Notes under the pieces: model-generated | The model's database searches: none | What the model was told of the DNA's origin: nothing | Seen by the model: the letters and a program-made list of their open reading frames with translations, nothing else | Program-made: the position numbers and the translations under genes | Virus record (IMG/VR): IMGVR_UViG_3300028840_004776 | Origin: an uncultured virus (IMG/VR IMGVR_UViG_3300028840_004776) | Lineage: Duplodnaviria; Heunggongvirae; Uroviricota; Caudoviricetes | DNA length: 64,000 bases | Strand: one strand, 5' to 3' | Shown here: piece after piece, positions 1 through 9,281 of the stretch | Numbering within the stretch: the stretch's first letter is position 1 | Layout: each line of letters opens with the position of its first letter

Positions 1-157
1 TAGCAAAGACAGTAAAGACAACAAGGATAGCAAAGACAGTAAAGACAACAAGGATAGCAAAGACAGTAAAGACAACAAGGATAGCAAAGACAGTAAAGAC
101 AACAAGGATAGCAAAGACAGTAAAGACAACAAGGATAGCAAAGATAGTAAAGACAGC
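1..157 (+). repeat. 27-bp coding tandem repeat TAGCAAAGACAGTAAAGACAACAAGGA
   Basis: Five perfect units at 1, 28, 55, 82 and 109, plus a degenerate sixth; may continue left of the window. Confidence 0.95.
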
Positions 158-259
158 AATTATGATGGTGGTATTTGTATTATATGTGGTAATATTACCC
201 AAAGAAGTGGATCGTGTTATTGCTGCACATTATGTGGTGAAACCACTGGGTGTGGTTAA
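2..259 (+). CDS. nrdJ: 3' end (partial) of probable class II (B12-dependent) ribonucleotide reductase, C-terminal Zn ribbon
   Basis: Frame 2 reads (SKDSKDNKD)n then YDGGICIICGNITQRSGSCYCCTLCGETTGCG*, matching the CxxCG...RxGxCxxCxxCGxTxGC tail typical of NrdJ. Not in the ORF track because it has no start in the window. Confidence 0.7.
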   Translation, partial: SKDSKDNKDSKDSKDNKDSKDSKDNKDSKDSKDNKDSKDSKDNKDSKDSKDSNYDGGICIICGNITQRSGSCYCCTLCGETTGCG

Positions 260-274
260 AAACAAGGTGGTATT

Positions 275-574
275 ATGATATTTACAGTAAAGATTTATAA
301 AAAAGAATTTAATGAATTAGTGTTAAAGGATACAATTGAATTTAATGCGCAAAATAGAGATGATGCAAAAGTAGTTGTTAAGGATATTATAAAAAGCAAA
401 AATGAAAAAACACGTACAATAAATTGGATTTCTGAAAGACAACTAAAAGTTGTTTTGCATTCCAAGAAAATGACAAGACAACCAATGCCTGATAACAAAA
501 AGAATGTTGCATTAAACAAGCGTATTAGCTTGAATAAAAGAAGAAAAGAAAGAATCTTAAAAAAGAAAACATAG
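275..574 (+). CDS. hypothetical basic protein
   Basis: ORF with AAGGTGG RBS, packed in a + strand operon. Confidence 0.7.
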   Translation: MIFTVKIYKKEFNELVLKDTIEFNAQNRDDAKVVVKDIIKSKNEKTRTINWISERQLKVVLHSKKMTRQPMPDNKKNVALNKRISLNKRRKERILKKKT

Positions 575-583
575 GAGAAAAAA

Positions 584-874
584 ATGATACATATGTGTGA
601 ATGTCCGTCATGCAATGAATGGAGTGAACTTGATAACTGTGATTATAGAGCATCGGTTATTTTAGCGAAAAAAGTTTTTTTTGATGTAATCTGTGGAAGA
701 AAGCATAGTTTTTTAATGCAAAAACAATTTTTGCATGATAGATTTTTTTGTCCACATTGTGGATATATGGCAACAATTGATCAATGTGACAAGGTTACAT
801 GTTATACAAAAAATGAGTTATCGACTAGGAGATTTCCATCAAAAACAAACATTGATAGGCAATTCGCATGGTAG
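584..874 (+). CDS. Cys-rich zinc-ribbon protein
   Basis: CPSC and CPHCG motifs; AGGAG RBS. Confidence 0.7.
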   Translation: MIHMCECPSCNEWSELDNCDYRASVILAKKVFFDVICGRKHSFLMQKQFLHDRFFCPHCGYMATIDQCDKVTCYTKNELSTRRFPSKTNIDRQFAW

Positions 875-1224
875 AAAAAAAACAAGACAAAAAACATTGG
901 GATGATAATGTAGTTGGTTTATTACTGACATCATTGCCGGTGTTATGCGAGCAATACATTAGTGGAGTTATTGCTACAAAAGGAATGCTTAATTTTATTA
1001 AGATGGCATCCAAGCTTGCAGATGATAAAGAAATATATAAAAAATGCGATAATTTATTGATGTTATCTGAGAATTATAATTCTTTATTCAATAATTTTTT
1101 TATTGATTTAATCAGAGTTTCTCCGAATTTATTTTGTAAATTTGATTTTTTTAATAATATGTATTTGTATTTCTTCAAAGAAAAGAAAAATGTTTCCACA
1201 GAGAAAGGAGATAAAAATGAGTAA
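868..1224 (+). CDS. hypothetical protein
   Basis: ORF overlapping both neighbours in operon style. Confidence 0.6.
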   Translation: MVEKKQDKKHWDDNVVGLLLTSLPVLCEQYISGVIATKGMLNFIKMASKLADDKEIYKKCDNLLMLSENYNSLFNNFFIDLIRVSPNLFCKFDFFNNMYLYFFKEKKNVSTEKGDKNE

Positions 1225-1525
1225 TATTCATGTCACAGATATAAGTGTATTGGCTGATAATGAAAAAGTTTCTGTTTATTGCAGGGCAGAAAATAGAATT
1301 CTTGGTATAATTTATGGAAAAAAAAATGAGTTATTATCGCCAAAATTGTGTGATAATAATTGGTTGGCAAAATCTAAACATAAGCCAGTTTTTATTAGTA
1401 GAGAAATCACTGTTTGTCCTAGATGCGGTGAACCATTGAAATTACTTGATGTAACGGAGGGCGATAATAGAAAACGACACAAAAAAGCAATATTCCTAAT
1501 TCCAAATGAAGTTAGGTTCGTGTAA
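1217..1525 (+). CDS. hypothetical protein with CxxC
   Basis: AAGGAG RBS before ATG 1217 (MSNIH...); CPRCG motif. Confidence 0.7.
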   Translation: MSNIHVTDISVLADNEKVSVYCRAENRILGIIYGKKNELLSPKLCDNNWLAKSKHKPVFISREITVCPRCGEPLKLLDVTEGDNRKRHKKAIFLIPNEVRFV

Positions 1526-1526
1526 A

Positions 1527-2192
1527 ATGGAATACTTTTTTGTACAGAATGATGCGGTTGAATGGTTAAAAACAATTCCAAATAATTCTATAGATTTAAT
1601 TATTACTGATCCACCATATGAATCACTTGAAAAATATAGAAAAATTGGTACCACAACACGATTAAAACATAGTAAATCTTCATCAAATAATTGGTTTAAG
1701 ATTTTTCCAAATAGTCGGTTTTTAGAATTATTTAATGAATTTTATAGGGTTCTAAAAAATAATTCACATTTATATATTTTTTGTGATCAAGAAACAATGT
1801 TTTTTATAAAACCAATTGGTGAGCAAGTTGGTTTTAAATTTTGGAAACCGATTGTTTGGGACAAAAAGAAAATTGGTATGGGTTATCATTATAGAGCAAG
1901 GTATGAATTTATTTTATTTTTTGAAAAAGGAAAAAGAAAACTTAATGATTTGAGTATTTCTGATATATTAGAGTGCAAACGTATATACAAAGGTTATCCA
2001 ACCGAAAAACCAATTGATCTTTTAAAGGTATTGATAAATCAAAGTAGTATTAATAATGATATTGTTTGCGATCCATTTATGGGTTCCGGATCAACAGGCG
2101 TTGCGGCAATTCAATTAGGTAGAAAATTTTATGGTTGTGATATTTGTGATGAATCTATTAAGATAACAAATTATAGATTAATTGGATATTAA
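1527..2192 (+). CDS. DNA amino-methyltransferase (N6A/N4C, beta class), orphan
   Basis: Catalytic IITDPPY precedes SAM-binding DPFMGSGSTG; YPTEKP motif; no adjacent endonuclease recognised. Confidence 0.92.
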   Translation: MEYFFVQNDAVEWLKTIPNNSIDLIITDPPYESLEKYRKIGTTTRLKHSKSSSNNWFKIFPNSRFLELFNEFYRVLKNNSHLYIFCDQETMFFIKPIGEQVGFKFWKPIVWDKKKIGMGYHYRARYEFILFFEKGKRKLNDLSISDILECKRIYKGYPTEKPIDLLKVLINQSSINNDIVCDPFMGSGSTGVAAIQLGRKFYGCDICDESIKITNYRLIGY

Positions 2193-2213
2193 AAAAATAA
2201 AAAGAGAATAACA

Positions 2214-2840
2214 ATGCCAGTAAAAAAAGTAAACGATAACAGAACAGAAGCAGAGAAAGAATATTCTTCTCTTGTCGATGAATTGGCTTCCCTTGATAAA
2301 AAACTAAAACAACAAGGTGAAAGTGGAACAAAATCAAATGAGCTTATTGGTTTGCTTAGAAAACGCCTTGTTGAACGGAATATGCTTCAAGGGTATTTCG
2401 GTAGGGATTTAATGAAACGCTGTAATGCGGTATTTAATCAACAGTTACGGCAAGAATTCCCATGGGAAGTCTATCGATCGGATATTAAATTTGTTCAAAA
2501 TATTTGGTCGGAAGATGATGCGTTGCATCGAACAAGTTTGCGTTCGATGCATTTAAGAAAATTATATGAATTGGTGCGTACATTAGAACAAGAACATATG
2601 TGGAAGGATCTTATTCGTCTTCATATGTTGATTGCTCAGATCAATGGTACGATTGTTCAAGAACAAACTGTTCAAAACAATGATTTAGAAGAAGAATATT
2701 CTGGTTGGTCAATCGAGGAGCTTGATCACTATGTCGAAACAGGGGAAGCGCCGTCGCGATTCGTTTATAAAACAGATAGTTCAAGCATCGAAAGTAATTC
2801 AGGGAACGAACAGACCAAAGGTTCGACTAGGTTGCATTAA
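2214..2840 (+). CDS. putative terminase small subunit
   Basis: Helical 208-aa ORF directly upstream of and overlapping terL; positional inference only. Confidence 0.5.
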   Translation: MPVKKVNDNRTEAEKEYSSLVDELASLDKKLKQQGESGTKSNELIGLLRKRLVERNMLQGYFGRDLMKRCNAVFNQQLRQEFPWEVYRSDIKFVQNIWSEDDALHRTSLRSMHLRKLYELVRTLEQEHMWKDLIRLHMLIAQINGTIVQEQTVQNNDLEEEYSGWSIEELDHYVETGEAPSRFVYKTDSSSIESNSGNEQTKGSTRLH

Positions 2841-5727
2841 TGATCTTGATAAGCAAATAGAACAGCATCGAAAAAACACAACCCCAAAACCACAAAAAAT
2901 GAACAAAAAAGATCCACCAAAATATGTGCGCCCGGAAGATTATCCGGAGCATTTTGATATAGTTTCATTTGATAATAGCAAGGATGAAATTAAACGAAAA
3001 TCTCTTGAAAAGCGAGTGCGCGCAAAACATGTTTCTATTATCCGAAAAGCACGTGATGATCCTAATGTTTTTGCAGAATATGCATTCATTGATCCCGATG
3101 GTAAATCATTTAAACAAGCAGAAATACACAAGGACTTTCAAAGAAAAGCTCTTGATGATAATTATAATTTTTTGATTTATAAATTCCCAAGGGATCATGG
3201 TAAATGCCCATGTGGTACCACTTTACTCGTTTCTGAGAACGGAGAATATATTAAGATAAAAAATTGGAAAGGAGGATATCTTTTAGCGGTGGATTGTCGG
3301 ACGATGAAGATTGTTAGAGCATATTCGTCTCCGTCTCAACCAAATGGATTAAGGAGATGTATTACGATAAAAACTGAATCCGGACGGGAACTTACGACAA
3401 CACGGAATCATCCATATCTTAAGGATCTTGAGTGGGTTGAAGCAGACGAGCTTGAAGTTGGTGATCGTATTGGAATAATGAATGGATGTTCCATTCCGGT
3501 AGAAGGGAACATGACCGCACTTGAAGGTTATGCTGCTGGTGTAATTGTTGGTGATGGATGCGTTACTAAATCAGCAGGATTTTCAAACCCAGAAGATCAT
3601 ATAATTAGTTTAATGACATCGTTTTGTGATAAAAATAATTGGAATATAAAGCTTATAAAAAATACAAAATGTGCATATGGAATATCAAAAACAATTATGT
3701 GTGGAGATTATGGACCTCGTGACTGGCTTAGAGATCTTGATTTATTAGGTAGAGGTGAGTACGAAAAACACGTACCGGTTCAAGTGCTTACTGGCGGGCA
3801 TTCAGCGCGGCTAGGATTTCTACATGGGTATTTCGATACGGACGGAACGGTTAATCCGTTGCGCGGTGGATCATTTGAGTACAATTCTGTTAACAAAGAT
3901 TTGTTAATAACAATACAAGATATGCTTGCTCGAATTGGTGTAGTTTCTGTTTTAGTGCGAAAGAACGGAATATATAAAGGTACTAGACACAAGTCTTGGA
4001 GATTGATGATTCGCGGTCAATATATGGATGTTTTTTTTAGAAAAGTTTTGCGTATTGGAAGGAAGTATAATGAAGCCAAAGAGGTCGTTGAAAAATATGA
4101 AGTTGGCAATGAGTGTGGTGGAAAACTTGATTTGATACCGGAGGTGGTTTGGAGACCATTTGTAAAAAATTCATATAGTTATTTAAAAAAACGTGGTATT
4201 CGTATTGATGGATCAAAAAATCTTACAAGAACAAAACTTAGAAAACTTGCAATTGCAGATGATTACAATATTGATTTATTTACGATGTTAGATTCGCATA
4301 TTTTTTGGGATAAAATAGTAGAAATAGTTGATGCCGGACAAAAAGAAACGTATTCGATTGAAGTAAAAGAGCATCATAATTTTGTAGCCCATGGGTTTAT
4401 TACTCATAACACTTCTCAGATGATTATTCACACAATTTGGGAATTAGGTAATGATCCGAATCTTCGGATTAAATTAGTGTGCGAATCATCTAATCGTGCT
4501 CGTGAAAGGTTACAAACAATTTCGCAACATATAGAAAAAAATCCAAAAGTAAGAAATGTATTTCCTCATTTAAAACCGGCAAAAAAGGGTGATTGGACGA
4601 AATCAAAAATCATGATTGAGCGGTTGTTGATCTCACCGGATGCATCGATTGAAGCTACCGGTATTCAGACAGCGGTAACCGGAGGTCGTGCGGACCGGAT
4701 AAAAGCAGACGACCCCGTGGGAAGACGGAATGCTTTGGAATTACCAAAACTTCGGAAGACTATTAAGATTGCATGGAAGTCGGACTGGTTGAATTTATTA
4801 GAACCCGGGGGTCGCGTGGTTTATATTGCAACCCCGTGGCACAAAGATGATCTTACACATGACATAGAGCGGAATCCAGAGTATCAAGTTTTGAGTCAAT
4901 CCGTTGATAATGATTACAATTCTCCGTGGCCGGAAAAATGGACACGGGAAGCGCTTCAACAAAAAAAGCGACAGATTGGTACAGAAGAATATGATCGTGG
5001 TTTTCGGCTTAAAGCATTGTCCGGTGATGTTGTTGTTGTTAGAAAAGAATGGATAAAATACTGGACAATCAAACCAAATTATGATAATTTAATCAAATTC
5101 ACAGCTTATGATTTATCGACCGGTGAAGGTGATGATTATTTTGCCTGGGTTACTATCGGTTTAAACCTTGAAACCGGAAGAATTTATGTGCTTGAAGCAC
5201 ATAATTCAAGGTATACGTTTTTGGATCAAGTTGAGGCTGTAAAACGTGGCGCTCGTATTTGGTCTCCTGAATTTATAGGCATTGAAACAGTTCAGTATCA
5301 AGCGGCATTGCCACAGTTTTTGACTGATCGCAGGTCTGGATTAATAATGCCAAATATTGTACAGATGAAGACAAAGAATCTACCAAAGAGAATTAGACTT
5401 ACAACAGTTACTCCGTTAATTGAGGAACCGGATAGAGTTTTATTTAATCCAGCAATGAATCCTGATAAAAATATCGAATTACGGGAAGAGGAAAATCTTG
5501 TTGATCAATTATGTGATTTTCCTCTCTGCGCTCATGATGATTTGGTTGATGCATTGATTTATTCATTGCAATTAGCAATTGATTATTGTCTTGGAAAGGA
5601 GATTGATAATGCTAAGGAAGAAGAAGAAAAGGAGTATGATATTGAAGAAGAAAGCGAGGAACAGGAAGAGGATTATGAAGAAGATGATGAGATCTCAAAT
5701 ATTAGGAAGTACTTTTCCGGCCATTGA
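2731..5727 (+). CDS. terL: terminase large subunit containing an intein
   Basis: Walker A PRDHGK/T, TGGRADRIKADD Walker B region, IATPWH, C-terminal nuclease FP..AHDDLVDA; GAGGAG at 2715-2720 supports ATG 2731. Confidence 0.93.
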   Translation: MSKQGKRRRDSFIKQIVQASKVIQGTNRPKVRLGCINDLDKQIEQHRKNTTPKPQKMNKKDPPKYVRPEDYPEHFDIVSFDNSKDEIKRKSLEKRVRAKHVSIIRKARDDPNVFAEYAFIDPDGKSFKQAEIHKDFQRKALDDNYNFLIYKFPRDHGKCPCGTTLLVSENGEYIKIKNWKGGYLLAVDCRTMKIVRAYSSPSQPNGLRRCITIKTESGRELTTTRNHPYLKDLEWVEADELEVGDRIGIMNGCSIPVEGNMTALEGYAAGVIVGDGCVTKSAGFSNPEDHIISLMTSFCDKNNWNIKLIKNTKCAYGISKTIMCGDYGPRDWLRDLDLLGRGEYEKHVPVQVLTGGHSARLGFLHGYFDTDGTVNPLRGGSFEYNSVNKDLLITIQDMLARIGVVSVLVRKNGIYKGTRHKSWRLMIRGQYMDVFFRKVLRIGRKYNEAKEVVEKYEVGNECGGKLDLIPEVVWRPFVKNSYSYLKKRGIRIDGSKNLTRTKLRKLAIADDYNIDLFTMLDSHIFWDKIVEIVDAGQKETYSIEVKEHHNFVAHGFITHNTSQMIIHTIWELGNDPNLRIKLVCESSNRARERLQTISQHIEKNPKVRNVFPHLKPAKKGDWTKSKIMIERLLISPDASIEATGIQTAVTGGRADRIKADDPVGRRNALELPKLRKTIKIAWKSDWLNLLEPGGRVVYIATPWHKDDLTHDIERNPEYQVLSQSVDNDYNSPWPEKWTREALQQKKRQIGTEEYDRGFRLKALSGDVVVVRKEWIKYWTIKPNYDNLIKFTAYDLSTGEGDDYFAWVTIGLNLETGRIYVLEAHNSRYTFLDQVEAVKRGARIWSPEFIGIETVQYQAALPQFLTDRRSGLIMPNIVQMKTKNLPKRIRLTTVTPLIEEPDRVLFNPAMNPDKNIELREEENLVDQLCDFPLCAHDDLVDALIYSLQLAIDYCLGKEIDNAKEEEEKEYDIEEESEEQEEDYEEDDEISNIRKYFSGH
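3205..4410 (+). mobile_element. 402-aa intein with LAGLIDADG homing endonuclease
   Basis: Starts with Cys (CPCGTTLL), block B TTTRNHPY, LAGLIDADG motifs AAGVIVGDG and LHGYFDTDG, ends FVAHGFITHN, +1 residue Thr. Confidence 0.93.
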
Positions 5728-5874
5728 TTCTATTGCTTATTATTGTTCAAGTACTTGTGTAATTTTTGATACAATGGAAGTTTTTAGTATATGTAGTCAC
5801 TAATCATTACAATTGTAAATATGTTGAATTATAAAAAAAACAATGAAACATACAAAACAAAGGAGATAGTTATT

Positions 5875-5985
5875 ATGTGGTTTTTAATTATTACAATTGT
5901 TTCATTGATGGTTATTATTATGTTTAGTCTTATCGTTCCAATTGTAAAGCTTGTTGGAATTATTTATTATGCAATATTCAATTGA
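5875..5985 (+). CDS. small membrane protein (36 aa)
   Basis: AAGGAG RBS; MWFLIITIVSLMVIIMFSLIVPIVKLVGIIYYAIFN; below the ORF-track length cutoff. Confidence 0.55.
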   Translation: MWFLIITIVSLMVIIMFSLIVPIVKLVGIIYYAIFN

Positions 5986-6526
5986 TATTTTTATACTTAA
6001 AGATATTTGTATGAATATTGGTTGTATTATATTGCTTATAGCATATGTATTCAAAAATAAGTTTTCAAATTTTATGTATGATGTATTAAATCTTTATGGT
6101 TCTGAATTATTGATGATTGTTGGTTTATTTTTGAAAATACCAGGATTATTTATGCTTAATTTTGTTTGGTTTCTTGTTTCGTTTGTAAATTTGTTACGGT
6201 GTACAAAAAAAAAGGAGATAGATAAAATGGATACCGAAAAACAGTTTGAAAGATGTGTTGATGTTGCAAAACAAGGCAAAAAAGCTTTGTTTGTGTTGTC
6301 AACAAAAACAATGGGAGAGATTGATCGTAAATCATATATAATAAATTATCATAAACGTGGTGATATTGATATTATTAGTGTTAATTCAAATTTTGATATA
6401 GAATTGTGTGGAAAAATATATGATCATATTGAAATTGAATATAATGCTTGCCAGAAAATATCACCACGAGATATTGTTTGTTTACAAACAAAACTTTATT
6501 CAAATGGTACTATAAAGTTTGGATAA
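5951..6526 (+). CDS. membrane protein (CBU_0592-like N-half) in frame with a soluble domain that has its own start
   Basis: Three hydrophobic segments with LLIAY..Y..LNL.G...LNFVW pattern; internal AAGGAG RBS before MDTEK near 6227. Confidence 0.5.
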   Translation: MLELFIMQYSIDIFILKDICMNIGCIILLIAYVFKNKFSNFMYDVLNLYGSELLMIVGLFLKIPGLFMLNFVWFLVSFVNLLRCTKKKEIDKMDTEKQFERCVDVAKQGKKALFVLSTKTMGEIDRKSYIINYHKRGDIDIISVNSNFDIELCGKIYDHIEIEYNACQKISPRDIVCLQTKLYSNGTIKFG

Positions 6527-6531
6527 TAAAA

Positions 6532-7284
6532 ATGGAACAAGAAAAAAAAGATATTATTATACTTTGTGATGAATCGACTTTAGATAAGAAAATATCAATC
6601 AATATTATCAAAAGTTTTATACTCAATAAAGCTCTTGGTGATGATAAATGTATAAAATCATATGAATTTAAATCATCTAGTTTTTATTATGATTTGTTTG
6701 ATAGTAATAAGACCAAAGTTGATTTTGATAATACAATTGTATATCTTATTGGGTTTATTCCAAAAAATATTGAATCTTTGCTTTCATTAAAGAATAGATA
6801 TCATAAAGTCATTTGGATAACACATACTGATAATTTTGTATTAAAATATTTAGGTGATCAAGAATCGCATATTGTAACAAGAGATACGATTTATGGTATT
6901 AGATCAACTGAATTTTCTACATGTAATCTTGTATGGCAATATTTGTTTCGTTATAAATATATGCCAAAATTCGTATTCATGATTGGTAGATCTGAGCTAT
7001 TAGATGAAAATAAAGTAATAGGAAAAGATTATGATATCAATCAATGTGTTAATGAATTAAATGTATTATTCTTTAAGTATGGAATACAATCATTTTCCAA
7101 TGAACATATTGAAAAGATTATAAGTGAAGTTATTATAAGAGACAATTATGATTATGATTCAATGGTTGTTGAGACCATAATAAATAATGGAAAAATTGTA
7201 TTAGAATTTTTATCAAAAAAAGAAAAAAAATCTAATGATGGTGTTTTTGGTAAGACATTGGGACTATTTTCAAAGAAAGGATGA
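6532..7284 (+). CDS. degenerate DHH-family phosphoesterase-like protein
   Basis: KVIWITH, GIRSTEFSTCNLVWQYLF and MPKFVFMIG resemble phage DHH proteins, but the DHH motif is not intact. Confidence 0.45.
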   Translation: MEQEKKDIIILCDESTLDKKISINIIKSFILNKALGDDKCIKSYEFKSSSFYYDLFDSNKTKVDFDNTIVYLIGFIPKNIESLLSLKNRYHKVIWITHTDNFVLKYLGDQESHIVTRDTIYGIRSTEFSTCNLVWQYLFRYKYMPKFVFMIGRSELLDENKVIGKDYDINQCVNELNVLFFKYGIQSFSNEHIEKIISEVIIRDNYDYDSMVVETIINNGKIVLEFLSKKEKKSNDGVFGKTLGLFSKKG

Positions 7285-7290
7285 TAAAAA

Positions 7291-8253
7291 ATGAATTTTG
7301 CAGATAGATTGATTGATGCAATTGATAAAAAGAAAAGTTACATTGTTGTTGGGTTAGATCCAGATCACAGGAAGATACCAAAGTATTTTTATGATAGAAA
7401 ACAAGATTTTTATATTAATAAATTTGATGAAATTTCTGATATTATATATCAATTCAATAGAACGATCATTGATATTGTTGCACCAATAGTGCCGGCGGTA
7501 AAACCACAAATTGCGTTTTATGAACGATATGGTGTTTTTGGTGTCAGAGCTTTCTTAGAAACAGTTCAATATGCTAAATCAAAAGGTTTGATTGTTATTG
7601 GAGATGTTAAACGTAATGATATTGGAAATACAGCTCATGCTTATGCGGATAGTTATTTGGGCCGTGTTGAAATTGATGGTAGCAATGAATCTGTTTTTGA
7701 TTTGGATGCAATTACCGTAAATCCATATTTAGGATCAGATGGAATTATTCCGTTTATTGACAATGTTAAAGAATACAATAAAGGTATTTTTGTTCTGGTA
7801 AAGTCATCAAACCCTTCATCGCGTGAAATACAAGATTGTTTTGTTTGTACCGAAGAATCAGATGATCTTATGTTGTATGAGCATATTGCGCAACGTGTTA
7901 ATTTTTTAGGAAAAGATTGTGTTGGTAATAACGGTTATTCTTCCGTTGGTGCTGTTGTCGGAGGAACTCATCCGGTGTGTGCGAAATCGCTTAGGAAAAT
8001 AATGCCGAAATCATTTTTTTTGGTACCGGGGTACGGTGCTCAAGGTGCAACCGGAAAAGATTTGATGAATTTCTTCAATAAAGATGGATATGGTGCACTT
8101 ATTTCAGCGTCACGGTCAATCAACTACCCCCATGGGGGTTACTTGGATGTTGATAGTAATAATTTTGAATCAATGGTTGCGTTTGCTGTAATGGATATGA
8201 ATAGAGATATTAATAATAATATTATTACCAAAAAAGCATTATTGTTGAAATAG
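7291..8253 (+). CDS. pyrF: orotidine-5'-phosphate decarboxylase
   Basis: VGLDP, KPQIAFYE, catalytic DVKRNDIGNT, TVNPYLG, LVPGYGAQG, SASRS. Confidence 0.95.
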   Translation: MNFADRLIDAIDKKKSYIVVGLDPDHRKIPKYFYDRKQDFYINKFDEISDIIYQFNRTIIDIVAPIVPAVKPQIAFYERYGVFGVRAFLETVQYAKSKGLIVIGDVKRNDIGNTAHAYADSYLGRVEIDGSNESVFDLDAITVNPYLGSDGIIPFIDNVKEYNKGIFVLVKSSNPSSREIQDCFVCTEESDDLMLYEHIAQRVNFLGKDCVGNNGYSSVGAVVGGTHPVCAKSLRKIMPKSFFLVPGYGAQGATGKDLMNFFNKDGYGALISASRSINYPHGGYLDVDSNNFESMVAFAVMDMNRDINNNIITKKALLLK

Positions 8254-8302
8254 GACTCTGGTTGATTTGGTGGTTTTTGACCACTTTAGAAAGGATAAAA
8301 AG

Positions 8303-8563
8303 ATGATACTTCACAAAGTAAGAACATTTAAAGTAATTGCACAATCTGATAACACCTGGTTTACTGTTGAATCGCATTCATTTATTGATGCCGCATTGAA
8401 ATGGGCAAAAAATTATGATGCGTTATCAAACAATATGCCAATTGCAACAAGTGGTGAATTGTGCGAAGTAACTGTTGTAGACACAGAAAGTAATGAAGAA
8501 AAAAAATGTATTGTTCATGGACAAATGCAACCAATGTATAATTTTTATGGATTCAAAGTGTGA
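8303..8563 (+). CDS. hypothetical protein
   Basis: AAGGA RBS before ATG 8303. Confidence 0.65.
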   Translation: MILHKVRTFKVIAQSDNTWFTVESHSFIDAALKWAKNYDALSNNMPIATSGELCEVTVVDTESNEEKKCIVHGQMQPMYNFYGFKV

Positions 8564-8571
8564 TAAAATAA

Positions 8572-8676
8572 CATCTAACTAATGAATCCAAAACATGTGT
8601 TGTCTCTGGATCAATGGACCCGCATTATCATTTTCATGGCTTTGAAAAAGATACTGATACTGATTTTTATGAGTAA
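8572..8676 (+). pseudogene. orphaned alternative 3' end of the preceding gene
   Basis: Reads HLTNESKTCVVSGSMDPHYHFHGFEK..*, aligning with SNEEKKCIVHGQMQPMYNFYGFK of 8303-8563; no start codon. Confidence 0.65.
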
Positions 8677-8688
8677 CACAAAAGTGTC

Positions 8689-8829
8689 ATGCCAAAAATA
8701 TCTATAATTTAAGGCAATAACTTAAAAGCACTTAATAAAATTCCGGATCAATATATTGATCCTCTATTTAATATCGGAAAAAAAACAACAACGAATACGA
8801 GTAAAAATAAATTGATAAAGGATGATTAG
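8689..8829 (+). pseudogene. decayed beta-class DNA methyltransferase N-terminus
   Basis: MPKISII*GNNLKALNKIPDQYIDPLFNIGKK resembles GDNL..L..IPD.SIDLIYIDPPFN.GK, with an internal stop and a short deletion. Confidence 0.6.
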
Positions 8830-8831
8830 AA

Positions 8832-9251
8832 ATGAAGAAAAAAAAGAAAATAAAGAAACAAAGAAATCCATGTGGCACTTGTCGGATTTGTTGTCAATTA
8901 GATTTGTTTGTTGTAAATCTTTTGCCAAGTGATGATCCTAGTAAATATGATACATATAATAAACTTGATGGCATATATGTAAAAAAGAAAGAATCTGGAT
9001 CGTGTATATATTTAAAATATGATGGTTGTTCTATATATGATAAGCGCCCAAATACATGTAAAAATTTTAATTGTATAGATTTTATAAATAAAAGATATGA
9101 TAAATTAAAAGAGCAATTAAAAAATAAAGAAAGCCTTAATACAATAAATGCATTGCGTTATGCCGCATTGGATCGAATTAAAAGAAACAAGATTTCTATT
9201 GCTCATAAATTCAATGCAATAATAAACAATGGTTCAAAAAAAAAGATTTAA
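8832..9251 (+). CDS. YkgJ-like cysteine-cluster (Fe-S/Zn) protein
   Basis: CGTCRICC ... CIYL...GCSIYDKRPNTCKNFNC. Confidence 0.8.
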   Translation: MKKKKKIKKQRNPCGTCRICCQLDLFVVNLLPSDDPSKYDTYNKLDGIYVKKKESGSCIYLKYDGCSIYDKRPNTCKNFNCIDFINKRYDKLKEQLKNKESLNTINALRYAALDRIKRNKISIAHKFNAIINNGSKKKI

Positions 9252-9281
9252 GAAAAAAACAATAAAAACAAGGATAAAATA

